A DNA stretch of 64,000 bases, taken from the NCBI GenBank assembly GCA_973851085.1, contig OZ316775.1, forward strand, positions 8,556,001-8,620,000, given 5' to 3'. The position numbers and the translations under genes were made by a program. The DNA comes from Ptychomitrium polyphyllum (taxonomy: Eukaryota). The notes under the pieces are model-generated. The model saw nothing but the letters and a program-made list of their open reading frames with translations. It made no database searches and had not been told where the DNA came from. Shown piece after piece: positions 51,288 through 64,000 of this stretch (position 1 is the first letter of the stretch; the number at the start of each line of letters is the position of its first letter).

Positions 51288-53852
51288 CTAAGCTACAAAA
51301 ACAACAAAGATCAATAGAAATGTGATCAAAACCATAAATATCTTGAGAATAAGCCACCGATTTGATGAGATGCTGTCAAGGTACTTAAGTAGCTGGTTTT
51401 GTGCTCCTTCAACATTTGTAAGAGATTCATCCATATTTTCATCAATCCTGCACAAATGACAAGTTAAACAAGTGAGTAGCATATCCCTTACACAGGTTCA
51501 TACCAAGTGCAGTGTATATCAACACACAAAACATCAAACAATATTTGAATTTATCACTCAAAAAAGTTCCGCACTCTATTCAAAACATAGAAAGTCTCAT
51601 TCGACAAAGAAACCCTCAATATAAGAGGTACTTCACTTCTTAAACTGCTCTGGTGAAATAACACACCATGCATATACATTCTTTACGTACAGACAAACAT
51701 TGGAGATAATCATAAATAAGCAAAACTTTATGAAAGGAAATGAATCTACGAATGGTATACCTGATAGCAACTTCTCCTTGCTGTGCAACCATAGTGGCCA
51801 ACTGAGTAAAAATAGTACTCAATTCCACGATGGTGGACTCCACGTTCTGAAGAGCCTCTGCACGGTTTTGCATGTAACTATCCTGAACAGGAGCCAATTG
51901 TTGCTGCTGCAAACGTCCTTGTGACTGCGTGCTGTCTGGTCCATCAGCTGTATGCCGCCGTCGACTACAAGTGCAGGACAAGCAATCAAGACCTCGTCAC
52001 AATAATAGAAAAGAGCAGATAAAGAAAATTGTTGGACAATACAATAAATGATTTTAAAAGACAAAACAGAGCAAGCAATTTAACCTACGCAAATAGGTAG
52101 CAGAATATAAATTGGTTTATTTAAAGGCAAAGCGCAAGTCAAAACGTAAATAAAACATAGCAATACGTCATTGACACGAAGTCCACACACTTGGCTATTC
52201 AAGAACATTGAAGCAATTCGTCTACAGTTTTAAACAAGTCAAAACGAAAAAACATAAATAGGAGGGACTTCTATTACCTTGAGCTAAAGAGCTCATTACT
52301 TCTTGCAGCTCCGTTACCCCAAGGAGGAAGGGCAACACTTGTACTTGATGATGAACTGGGGGCAGCCGATGCTAGAGGCCCCTGCCGAGCATAGGGATTG
52401 TTCTGTTTATTGTTTGATGCCGTGAAGAGTTGCCGTCGATTGTCATGAACCTTCAGATTCTGTATGTTTTGGAAATGAGAAAGTTAAATTCTAAACATGA
52501 GTAATAAATATTCAGATTCTAAATTGTAGAGCACAGTCAATATAGTGCGAGGCAAACATTGGAAAGCCACTCACCAGCCACGCCGCATACATTGAAAAGC
52601 ACTGTGGCATGATAAAAGGAAATAAGCTTGAATTACGATGCAGGCTTGAAATCCCTCGGTTCTAATAACTGCCCAACAGACCGGACTAGACCAAAAGAGC
52701 ATATCCTCTTCGCTCAGCATACTTTCACATTGCACTATAGTATTAAAAAAAGCTCTAAAAATCTTAGAATTGCAACAGGACCATCACAACTACATCACTG
52801 GCTTACCTCCGTTCGTAAAGTAAGGACATCCTTGAACTCCTTCGTAGTATTCATAAGACGACTCTTAAGAGTATCTACGACTGTTGTAGAGTGTTCGCTA
52901 CTCTGTTTGGTCTGATTGCCTCCATCGTTTTTCATTTCACAAATTTGTTGCAGATCAGATATAGCTGCGTTCAGTGCGGTAATATCTTGTTTGACAACAG
53001 ATGTGAGCTCCTGGATCTCAACTGCTGGATCGTCAAACATTGATGTTCGCTTTGCCACTGCATCACAGACAAAATCATACCCTAATGTAAATAATTTGAT
53101 TCTTCACAGGCAACACTAAAATGTAGATAATCATGTTTACAAACTTGTATTCCTGAGTAGATTTTTCATGACAATGCCGCTATTATCCCACACTCACTCA
53201 TCCAAGTCACCTGCCTTCGGAACCTAAGAAATAGGACACCTCCAATCCTTAACTGAGATGCAGTTTAGAGCTCACTTGTTCACCTAACCTTCTCAAGAAA
53301 CAAAAGTATGCATACAACTCGAAGTCTCAATTTAGCAATTTAGGAACAAGGTGAAAAGCACTCGTCCAACTTCAACATGATTCTTGATCTACATTCCGTC
53401 CAGTCCCGGTACAAGAAGCACTAAACGTACTCTGCTCTCTTCCATGCTTCTTGACCCTGAGCATCTCTGTTCGGCAATCACACTTCCTCCACAACGCATC
53501 ACCAGCACCTTACAAATCCCAGCCGTACCAGCTTCTCAAAGCCCGCAACTCAAACCACAAAACGAAACTTACATTTTGCTAGCTTAGACAGCTTCTGTGA
53601 AGTCTGGTGAATACTCAGCCCGATCTGCGACGCCCGCTTGCTGAACTCCGACTGCAAGTTCCCCGACGGCTGCGGCAACAACCGCGCAGTCTCGCCAGCA
53701 TGCCCGTTCGCCACCGTCCCGTTCCCGCTGGCACCGTTTGCATACGGCAACGTCGAACCCTGCGTCTTCTTCAATCGGTCCGCAATGGCATGAAACTCCG
53801 ACGTCCGATCCCGCCCCGACGTCGACGGCAACGGCCCCATCGCGATCGGCAT
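51288..53852 (-). CDS. SYP32: Golgi Qa-SNARE syntaxin, SYP3/Sed5/STX5 family; 5 exons (53852-53573, 53057-52807, 52459-52278, 51964-51761, 51447-51288)
   Basis: N-terminal RDRTSEF motif; LAKRTSMFDDPAVEIQELT; SNARE motif RAEALQNVESTIVELSTIFTQLATMVAQQGEVAIRIDENM; C-terminal TM SSNRWLILKIFMVLITFLLIFVVFVA*. Confidence 0.95.
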
Positions 53853-54140
53853 CCTCTTCCCTCAAACAAATTCCTCCCCTCCTCTGCCCTGCCCTGCCCT
53901 CCCCTCCCCCCCCGTAGCCACCACGAAACCAACCTTCTCTCTCACCTCTACTTAGGCTAATCTCTCCCACTCTCCCATACCCTGTCCACAGCAGATCTAC
54001 TCCCCTTCCTGCATCAAGAGACGGCGCGTTTCCTTTGTGATTGTGACGTACGAGCGCAGCCCGAGAACACTTATCCGCCACACCGGGAAGAAAGCACGAG
54101 TAGAACCTGGCTCCGAAGTGAAGAGGTGGCGTGCTCTAGT

Positions 54141-54149
54141 CTAGGGTTT
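54141..54149 (-). promoter_or_regulatory. Telo-box (AAACCCTAG) ~290 bp upstream of the syntaxin start codon
   Basis: CTAGGGTTT on the + strand matches the known plant telo-box. It is short enough to occur by chance. Confidence 0.35.
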
Positions 54150-56625
54150 GGAGAATATGATGCAATGCTCTGCCGGGTAGTGAGAAAAGCTCAAGCATGA
54201 GTTGAGCGCTCTAACGTCGTGCAATAATGGCACCGTGTCCTTGCGTCGTGTCAACAGCGAGAGAACAGGAGTTTCGTCCGCCGAGAACGGTCGTTGCAAA
54301 CCCTTCCTTCCAAAGTTCCCATTATTCATGCTTTCCACGAATGTCGCGGATCAAGAGAGAGGAGACAGAGGCGGTTTTCTTTCTTTCTCTCTTTCTGGGC
54401 TTTCTTTCTGCCTGCGTGACGGACGAGAGTAAGTTCTCCTTTCATTTTCACCCGCGCGAGTAACTTTCAGTTATTACTATTCTAATTAAGGTACCATTCT
54501 TTAGCTGGATGACCCTGCACACCATGATTAAGTTATCACCAATAATAGAACAATACTTCACTTCTTTGGTAATTTGGCATGGAAACTCTTTTTTTAATGA
54601 AATAAAGTTTTGACAACATAATTATATTTTGAATGATGGAATGACTTGTTTGAAAAGAAGGTTTTTGATACAAATACTTAAAAACGTCATATATACAACA
54701 ATGCTAGAGTATCCAATATATACATATTATAAGCACTTTCCATATATCATATAATGTAAACCAAAATCATTTAATCATTTTATTAATTATATATGGTAAT
54801 ATAACTTATATGTTGTTACAATCTTTACCAATTAACATACTCACTTCTAGATTTTCAAAGCATTTGTATTTCAATTATCCCTAATATGTCAAAAATGGTA
54901 TTAAATGTCATTTATATTATTTAGTTTTAAATGCTATAATATTTTTTGAAGTTATTTTTTAGTAAGTGAATTAGAATAGGCATTCTAATATATATAATAT
55001 GGAATTTTCATTTTTGCATGAAATAATTGAGCTTTAATACAAAATTGTGATTTTTAAAAAATCAATAAAGAAAATTTATTAAATTGAGCTTTAATGCAAT
55101 AAAATTTTGAAATAATTTTGATCCAAAAGAATGCATTTTATGATATAAAAATTAGATAAGTAAATTGGTAGCAAAGATGAATAATTGTTGTTAGAAAGCA
55201 TTATAATAGATACATTTGTAAAATAGAACTTATTTTTATCGTGTTTTTAAAATGTATTTTGTTATAAATGATAGTTTCTAATAATTTTTTCCACAAGTAT
55301 TAAAGCACTTTTGGTGTGGAAGAATGATAGGAAGAACTTTGGGTAGCTAAGACAAACTAAAGGTTGGCTTGGAAGAACTTGGCTACTTTTGAGAAGGTCC
55401 AAAATTTAAAGCTTTTCAAATACACCTTGACATTATAGAGGTTCTTCATTGATACATCAAAAAACATGGTGAAACATGTCATAGCTCCTTTTTTATGGCA
55501 AAAATAATTTTTAGAGTGTATTTCGCAAAAATTTCTCCTTTAAAAAGAACTTAACAAATAACTTGAAATGTATAATTTTTGTTTCATGATTAATTTTTTA
55601 TAATACTATTATATTACAATGGAGATATTTATTCATGAATTTATTTTTTAATTGATATTATTAACCTCTTTTAATCCGATAGCATTTTGTGAATGCACAA
55701 GGAAGCATTATGGTGCACGATAAATAATTTAGTGGCAAAGTGAAGTTTAACTAAAAAATCATAATAATATTAATAGAGACAATGCACCATTAAAAAATAA
55801 CATTTGTATATAGAACTCATATATGCTAAAAAAGTGACAATACACAATGTAGTTAAGTTTTTGTACAAAGAGTACCTAAATAAAATTAATGATTTTTAAA
55901 TATATTATCAAAAAAGGCTATAAAACATTATGTAGCTCAAAACAAAAGATTATTGTTTACAAATAATTCAAAGAAGTATTATATTACATTTGCTTAAGTT
56001 TCTAATTAAACTTAAAAAACTAACATTTACTATAGAATATCTACTATTCTATGGATGCGAAATCCTAATGGAGGAGTATTTACACATCTCTTTTGATAAG
56101 TGGATTTCATTGTATATATTGAAATGGGCTCTTGACTTATTATAAACTTGTAATAAAACAATTGTTGAAATATGATATTAATATTCAACAAATAAATTAC
56201 GTTCTTGAAACACTAGTCACTTATAAAGGTTGATAATGCCACAAGTTCTTCAATCAGACTGTTATGCGTTCCTAGCCAAAACGATACATTTCATAAGGAC
56301 CAAACAAATACTTTAATAAATTATGTCTGAAGTGCATAAACGTCTCCATTAAACTTATGTCTCATAATGGCACTTGCTTGCACCTCGATTGTGGCACCCT
56401 CACAGTAGGCTAGGTCCTCCGAAATACCAGTACCCAGTACTTCTTTAAAATCCAATTTATCGACACAACACCGGATAAAATTCAAATTCTAAAGCTTTAC
56501 TTTGAGAAAAGGTTAACACACGAGTAAGAAGAGTAATAATGCATACAAACTTCGAGAGAGCTCCAGTTTAGATGTTAAGAAACTTAAGAACCTGAAATCT
56601 CGACTGTACTATCTGTAATTCACAA

Positions 56626-59600
56626 GGCATAACCGAGAATGTACTGTGCCGACAGCTTCAATTGAGTTTATAGACAGGTACACAATCATACATCCCGACC
56701 ATGGAGCCACAGCTGACCAATTTCTCTCAACCAAGTACGTAATCCTGCCCCACTACATGGACGGTCCCAAAATGACACTAGAAATTCTACACCCTAATTG
56801 CACAGCAGCCCTCACCCCTGCGCTTCTCCATAATAATCCACAAAACCTCTGTCATTCTTCCTACGGTCCTCTGGCACCTAACACGCCGGACCCCAAATTC
56901 CGTGATCGTACAGAAGCAACACACGGCAGTGACACTACACCGCCAACCAGGATGCATCTCTCGTCACCCGTGATGCCGGATGGTCTCTTTTCCATCGCTC
57001 GCCTCCCAAAGGCGGGCATCACATTCACTCTCCCCGAGTCCCTCGAGCATAAGAGACATAGCTCACCAAGACACTCCCTCATGCATGTGGACGCAGGGCG
57101 GATTGCATCCGACTGATGTAACACGCACTGGCATCGTTCCAAGGCACCCATGCCTCAGCTCGTCCACAACCGCATACAGCTCCGAGGCTGTTGCCATCTG
57201 ATGCGAACCGTTCCACAGCTGCCAAGAGGTAACGTAAACATGTCATCCCGTCCCAGCTTTATCGAAGCATTGGGACCCAACGGATGATCTCGGACGTGGC
57301 AGACCTCCCGTCGGGCTTTTCCTAAACCACGGACGGCGGTCACACCACGAGCGCTCGCACAGAAACTATAGCGCCGCCACCTACTCACGACGCTACATCT
57401 GCCCACTCTCCAAGCCCTCCCATCGGAATGGTCGCATCAGAAATCGAACGCTCGGAGGACTTCTGATCACCACGCACACGCACACGCAGATTGTTGCTAT
57501 GGCCACCAGCGACAGCACGAACGGTCGGAAACCCCGTCCACTCACGCCGCCGAAATGGGCACGCCGAGCATGAATTCTACACGTTGCGGGACCCTTGTCC
57601 ACGGACGGATTCTTCACTGGACCGGGACCGCTCTCCACCCACTCTGCCAGCTGTACACAGCGCGGACCTCTACCTCCCCCTTCTCCACCACCGGCTGATC
57701 CATCACCCCAAGTTCCAACGACAGAGTCGGCTGGTATGTTGATACGTACTTGGTGCTCGCTCCCTTCGACTGCACCCAGCTTCTCCCTCACCACCTGGAT
57801 GGCCCTCAGATTGCCGCCTGCCACTGCGCACTGCAGGGGCGTCTGCCCGCTTTCATCCCGTTTCTTCGCCCAAGCATCCAATCCAACCTGAATGCCGATC
57901 CCCACTTTGCGGTTAGAGCTGCGCGACTACCCAAAACTCCCAGGCATCCACGCGGACTCGAATACACCACTACATCGACCTCCCATCCAGACCGTACGCG
58001 GTTCTGCACCCCTTCTATGCAAACCTGAGTGCCTCCCACAGCCTTCCGTTCGTTCATTCATTCATTCACGGGACGCCTCCTCGCCGGACTCTTCCAATTT
58101 CAACACCCTCGACGCTCACGGGACGCGATATTGGGGAAGGGACGGTTCAAACGCACCTGAAACGGATCGCTCGTCAGTGCATCCACCATCTCTTCGCCAT
58201 CCTGCATGCTGGCTGCGATGTGTAACGGCGTCAAACCACCCGGCCCACTCATGTCGGGCCGAAACAACGCACCCCACTGTACCCTGAACTGCAGCAGCTT
58301 GCCCACATCTTCTGCGTCCGCCGCGCTCGTCATCGTCTCGCTTCTCATCCGAGACGGAACATACGCAAGTAGGAGCTCCACCATACCCCTGCTCTTCCTG
58401 CGAACTGCCCGGTGTAATAAGCTGTGATCGTCCCGTACCACCTGCCGTAGCCCGGCTATGCCACTGCCAATGTCATCACTCGTCAGAGCAATGTCCAACA
58501 GCTTGCCGACCACAGCACACCAACTGCGTTCCACACAGAATATCAAAAGGTACTTCAACCGGGTCGCAGAAACCTGCGCAAACAAACAATCAGCACGTCA
58601 CACAGCGTGCACCTCAGAGCTTCGGCTTGGGGGAAAACGAGCTAGCACATACAGCCTCAAACCCATGTCCACTTGCAGAGCCCACCGCACGAATACCACT
58701 TGGGCTCACCATGCGGTAACAGGAAGAAGGTATGTGATACCCCTCTCGCTCATTTCCTCACATGTTCGGCCGAGACGTTCATGTTAGTCCACAAGCAAAA
58801 CTCAACAAACGATGCAGGTCGCACTCTGCCCTCCTGAACTTCTAGCCATCAATCACATCACACCGGCATCCACCGGACCCCTGCGTCTAACATCCCGTAC
58901 CACGTCATCACTCCTGTCAATTCCAAGGACGAAGAACCAAACCAGACCCGCGAGACAAGTGCACCTGCACCACTACATGAAACCATCTGACCTTGGCGAT
59001 CGTCGCTCCCCAGTTCCATGCCAGGGAACTAGCATCCTTACCCAATCAAGTGCACGAGAGTCATCTGGTTGCCCACGGATTCCAGACTGAAAGTACCACC
59101 CCAACTCGTGCAGGAAAGACGCTATGTCCTCCTCGACGACTAGGCGTGCCACCTGACTGCAACCGACGACCTCCACAGGCCCGAGGCCCTCCGACACAGC
59201 GGCTCGGGTCGTACACGACCCTGCCACTTCAACCTCATCCTCCAGCGTGCGGAGCTCGGAACACACCCATCTATCCGCAATAATCAGAGGCCTCGCATTG
59301 GCTAATGTCGTGCCATGTTCCACCTGGACAGGGAACCTCCAATGTCAGACGCGGACACAGCTCTGATGCCTCGAGACACTGCGGCAAAGTCAGGGAGCCG
59401 GAAAACACCACATTAACAACGCCACTCTATACAGGACTCCTGCAACAACCTGCACTGTCATCCTCCCGCATCCAGAAAGGAGCCGGCAAAGACGCTAGTG
59501 CAGGTGCAGACAAAAGAAAACCACTCGCAGAGTGCTTTCTTGAGATAACAGCATGATAAAGCCAGAACACCCTGGGAGTTCCATCACGGGGTGCGAGAGC

Positions 59601-62600
59601 GGAGGGGAAGATAACGTCGGACCACCAAGTTAGGGACAGGGTGGGAACCTCCACAAAGCAGCGACCCACAGCATGAGGATGATCCCCGCATGACGTAAAC
59701 TCTGCATCCAGGTCCACTGAGGTTTCTTCCGTTCCCGACAGGGTGCTGCAATCAACAGACGAATCCATACTCCCGTCTGCTCCAACTTCTCCAGCGTCAC
59801 AGAAACCGTCTGCTGCGTCATCGTGCTCGGCCCCGACACCTTCTTGGACTGAGTACTTCCCTCGGTGACCACAGATTACCCTGCACAGACGACACACCAA
59901 TCCCCCGCCAAACTATCGTCACAGCAGCGACTTGGTCGAATACTCGACGACCATGCACGTCACGTGCATGGGACAGCCATCCAGCCTCGCCCGACTTCTC
60001 AAAGCTGACCAAGAACCTAGCGTGACGACCACCCAACCGATTCTCAATACAGAGCCCGGAAAAGTCGGCCGCCAAGGCGTGAAAGCCTGCACAGTAACAC
60101 CATGTCTCCAACACCTCCTGCTTCATGGCCAACCAAACAAGACATCCCAGGGAACAACTCTGCACTCGTTCACATACTACACCCCCGACTAGGTACTCCG
60201 CCAGCTCTCGGAGCCTCCACCCTACCCAAGCTCCCCGTGAGGCTGCGTGGGCACCTATCTTCGCAAGACTGACAACTGTCATACCTGGTGTCGGGAGCTG
60301 TGAGGTTCAACCCCTTCACGGCAATTCTCGCTGCTTCGCCAGCTTCTACAGCAAGTGGCCTCACGGACTGAATGTACGGATAACCCCACGAATCTGCCCA
60401 TCTGCTTTCCCGGATTTTACCTGCAGGAAATCACGCTTCTGCCATCAAGACACTCCGTGCCACCAACAACACAAACATAGCCAGCAACGGAGCCACGAGA
60501 GAAGGCGGCACGAGCACTCACCATCCACCACCAAGACCATCTGCCGCTCCACTTGAACCAGTATCCGACCCCTGTGCCAAAACTCTCCCTTGCACAGATC
60601 CAGCAGCCTCTGCACGCTGCCTTGCAGATCCCTATCCAACTGCGGACAGCATGACCAACTTAGGAATCGAATGGATCCAGCGCGTACAAGCGCACCATGA
60701 AACATCAAAGTCGCATAATCGCATCACTTTCAAAACCATCACTCCTAGATATACTGCCTTCGGCCAGAAAATGCACCTCTGCCCATCCGCCGGTTGCCAT
60801 GGATACGAATATCGTCAGTACCACACATCCAGGCCGGATGTAGCTCTCCATATTCGAAGGGAGATTCGCTAGCCATGAATCGATCTGTGCAACAACGGGT
60901 ACGTCAGCGCCTCACCCTGACCTTGTTACAACCACGCCCAACCACTATATCCTGCAGATGCACGACTCATCTGCCCGCCCTCTTGGTTTCCTCTCCTCTG
61001 TTGCATACGACCAACCGTGCCCGGCACCCCAAGATGACTACGGGCCCATCCAAGGAGAAGCGGGGTTCTATACGACAGATACGGCAGCGTAGACGCCGTC
61101 CATTCGATACAACACAGCCCGCTCGTACCTTAGACCGCAGATCGCTGGGTAGTTCCTCGGGACTCCTTTCGAAGAGCTTCATCGCGATGCGCCGAGTCCG
61201 GTTCCTCCGCTGATGGAACAAGACCAATACGTCAGAACCTCGGCACTGGACTCCTCCCAACTCTTGCCTTGCGTACCGAACAAACCATGATGATCGTACG
61301 CCTCTACCTCTCCGATGCACCACCGTAACCGACTGACCCACATATCACACGCTTGAGCTCAAACCATGATTCTTGACAGCCAGAGTAAGTGCACAGAGAG
61401 TCACCTCAGCACTCGCGTTCGACCTGGACGGCCGTTGCTCATCGGACCCGGACTCTGAGTTGCCACTCGATTGTTGAACAGGCTCTTTCGGATCTCTCTC
61501 CCCACGAGCGCTATATGATGGGCCATCCGTATTTGCCGGAGCTTCGCGATGCCCCATGAATGGTATCGCCGGAGGCATCCCTCCGTCGGTTGGAAGGAAA
61601 CTGGACGTTGCAGCCCCGCGACCGTTCTTCTTCGTCGGTGGAGCTTGATACGGGACGAACAGACTCTGAACAGCAGGTGCACCTGGACAACCCTCCAAAT
61701 CAGATCGACATCCACACACAGGGCAAAGCGTGGCTTCAGGAACATGCACTTTCGATCCAGGCCCAGCATGGCAACACCTCGGGTCCGGCCTCCTCTCCAA
61801 TTCGCTACTTGGACGGCTAACGACCTCTTACCCACAAGGCCGCAACTTTCACATTCATCGCAAAGACACCTCCTCACGGGTCGCACGTCATATTAGCATC
61901 AACACTCAATCAACACTCAATCAACACTCAATCAACACTCAACCAACGCTCAGCGGAGGGGAGCCCCTCACCGTGATGGATCGACTGCTCAGAGTTCCGC
62001 TGCGGCGACGCCACAGGCACCACCGGAGTTGGTCTCACCACCTCCTTCACGGGAGTGACCCTCCCTGGCGTCGGAGAGGACGGAACACACTGCGAAACTC
62101 CCGCACTCGTCGGTGTCGGCACAGCACACGTCTGTGTTGCGCAGGGAAGGCCGGCCTGTGCCTCCCACCCGGAACTGGAGCCTACGGGAAAATGCCCGGA
62201 CCCCATTGCTCCTTGCATCTGAGATCCAAGGGTGTTCTGGATTGTTATCGACGCTGCTGCTATTTGCGCGTTCAGACTGCTTTGCAGCAGTGCGATGAGA
62301 TGCTCTGGTGATGGACCCGTCAATCTCGAAAGAAGGCGTTGGGCCTCCACGGCCACACTGGTAGCTCCATGACCGTTGCTGGCTGCCAACTGTTGCGCCT
62401 GCTGACCGAACGCAGATGTCAGGTGGTGGGGATTCGTCAGCAGCTGAGCCCACAAGGGTGTGGTTCGATTTATGTCCTCCAGCGACGCACTGATGGCCTT
62501 CCTCAGAAGCGCCTCCCTATCGAACGCTGGAGCATTGACCCGCTCCAGGGACGCCGTCCCTGCATCACGACGGGAAAAAACCATACCGTAAATCTAGACG

Positions 62601-64000
62601 CCACCGCAACCGAAACACCCAGTCGGTGCAATTACCAATCATGTGCGGCGTCACGACCGAACTTGGCCGGGGGCATGTAACTTCCGCGTGATTTGGCCCC
62701 TCCACTGTCCGAGCTTACTCGCCAGCGAAAAGGTTCCAGGATGACCTCGACCCCGGGAGGAAGAACTGCACGAGACAAAATCAAACATCGTGAATCACGA
62801 TCGCTTACCTGTTAGCTGAGACAGGATATTCAGCAGACTTCCGATCAACCCTGACCCGCCTTTCAGCCGCTCTTCTTCGGCCAGGATGTACGCCCGAGCG
62901 GCATCTGCATCTGGCTGAGCCTTCCTCCTGCGCCTGTTGTGCCCGGCCAGGCGTCTCCGACAGCTCCGCTTGCCTTCGTCGAATTCTTGCAGTGGATGAA
63001 ATCTGCACAAACGGACGTCACCTCACCCTCAATGGAAGGCCACAGCCATTACCGCGCTGACACTCGCATAGGCGGCTACCTGCATCAGTTCACGTGCATC
63101 CACTGCGCATCTGCCACTCAAAGTACAAACAGGAGCCCGGAACTGAAGACTGGACGTCCGAGCCGACACAGACATGGTCCATGATTCTCCACCCTGTCCG
63201 CTGGGTGCCTCCAGATGTGGAAACCGGACGATGGTGTCGCAAGGCCACAACTCAGTTCCACGTCTACCTAAATAGTCCGGGCAAACCCTGACCAATTCTC
63301 CAGACTGCCCAACTCTCATCCTCACAGGCTTTGAGCGAGTGACGCACCTGCTGCATTGCTGACAGAAACGTTGCATTAGGCGAGAAACGGGTGCCTTCGT
63401 GGATTTCGAGTGCATCTCGCAAACTTTGTGGCGCCTGTAATAGTCCTTCGCCCTGCTGAGATCTGCCTTGCAGCCATCCACCTGGCATGACGGCGCCTGG
63501 TACTGGGGTGATGACGACCGGTTCCGCTTGCCATTTCGAGAACCACCTGCGTTCTCTTCCGCGTGCGCATATGCATCTCCTCCGAGCTTCAAGAGCGATC
63601 CCACTGCATCCTGTGAGTCATCGTCTCCAGGCAAGCTGCGCCCGTCGTTGAAGGGAGGGGAGGGAGTCTCCCTTCCGAACCCAGGCCTTCCCGTATTCCC
63701 CCTCTCATCCTCCTCGCTGCCCCTGCCACCTTGCTCTCTCGTCGAAGGCCTGTCTGCTGATTTTCCACCACCCGACACTCTGTGACTGCCTCCGTTTCCA
63801 TTGCTGTCCGACTGCCCTGGATCCTCCGAACACCCTTCCCCCCTCTCCCCGGCGCGTCGAGCGACGAACTTTGCAGGATCCCAGTTCCAGTTCTTCATGT
63901 CCCAGTGAGGGGGGAAAATACCCCCTCCTCCGATCCCATCACCATCTTCCGAGGATACGCGTCCATTCCTGCCCTCCGCATTATTTGGGCGCGATGGCTG
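56626..64000 (-). repeat. Right arm of the inverted duplication, truncated by the window edge
   Basis: GGCATAACCGAGAA starts at 56626; the window end GCGATGGCTG mirrors CAGCCATCGC at 14410. Confidence 0.97.
57393..64000 (-). CDS. SPL: Second, inverted copy of the SBP-box/SPL gene; 5' end lies beyond the window
   Basis: ORF track and sequence mirror copy 1 (coordinate sum 78410). Same exons; stop at 57393-57395. Confidence 0.95.

Noticed and set aside
53853..54081. N-terminally extended syntaxin isoform like the long form of animal STX5
   Set aside because: In-frame TGA at 53864-53862, four codons upstream of the ATG.
54480..56625. AT-rich intergenic block (also 10400-11400 and 21900-24400)
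   Set aside because: No ORFs, termini or repeats that I could support; probably old decayed repeats.

Overview
Eukaryotic land-plant DNA with GT-AG spliced genes. Gene and retroelement content point to a moss such as Physcomitrium patens, but this is an inference. Genes: mitochondrial succinyl-CoA ligase beta subunit (-), an SBP-box/SPL1-12-14-type transcription factor (+), a SINE1-like ARM/KASH nuclear-envelope protein (+), a GH17-X8 beta-1,3-glucanase (-), a decayed F-box pseudogene (+), a Golgi SYP3/Sed5 syntaxin (-), and a second SBP-box copy (-) running off the right edge. The middle (36.4-48.7 kb) is a nest of decayed Ty3/gypsy chromovirus elements and solo LTRs. There are two main oddities. 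(1) The SBP gene sits in a near-identical inverted duplication of at least 7.4 kb (14410-21785 vs 56626-64000). It is GC-rich even in introns and brackets a 34.8-kb spacer of unrelated genes, suggesting a palindrome-like locus under gene conversion that might also invert. (2) Two diverged gypsy elements each carry an LTR of the same family at essentially the same integrase codon. All exon coordinates and comparisons were done by eye; no searches were run.
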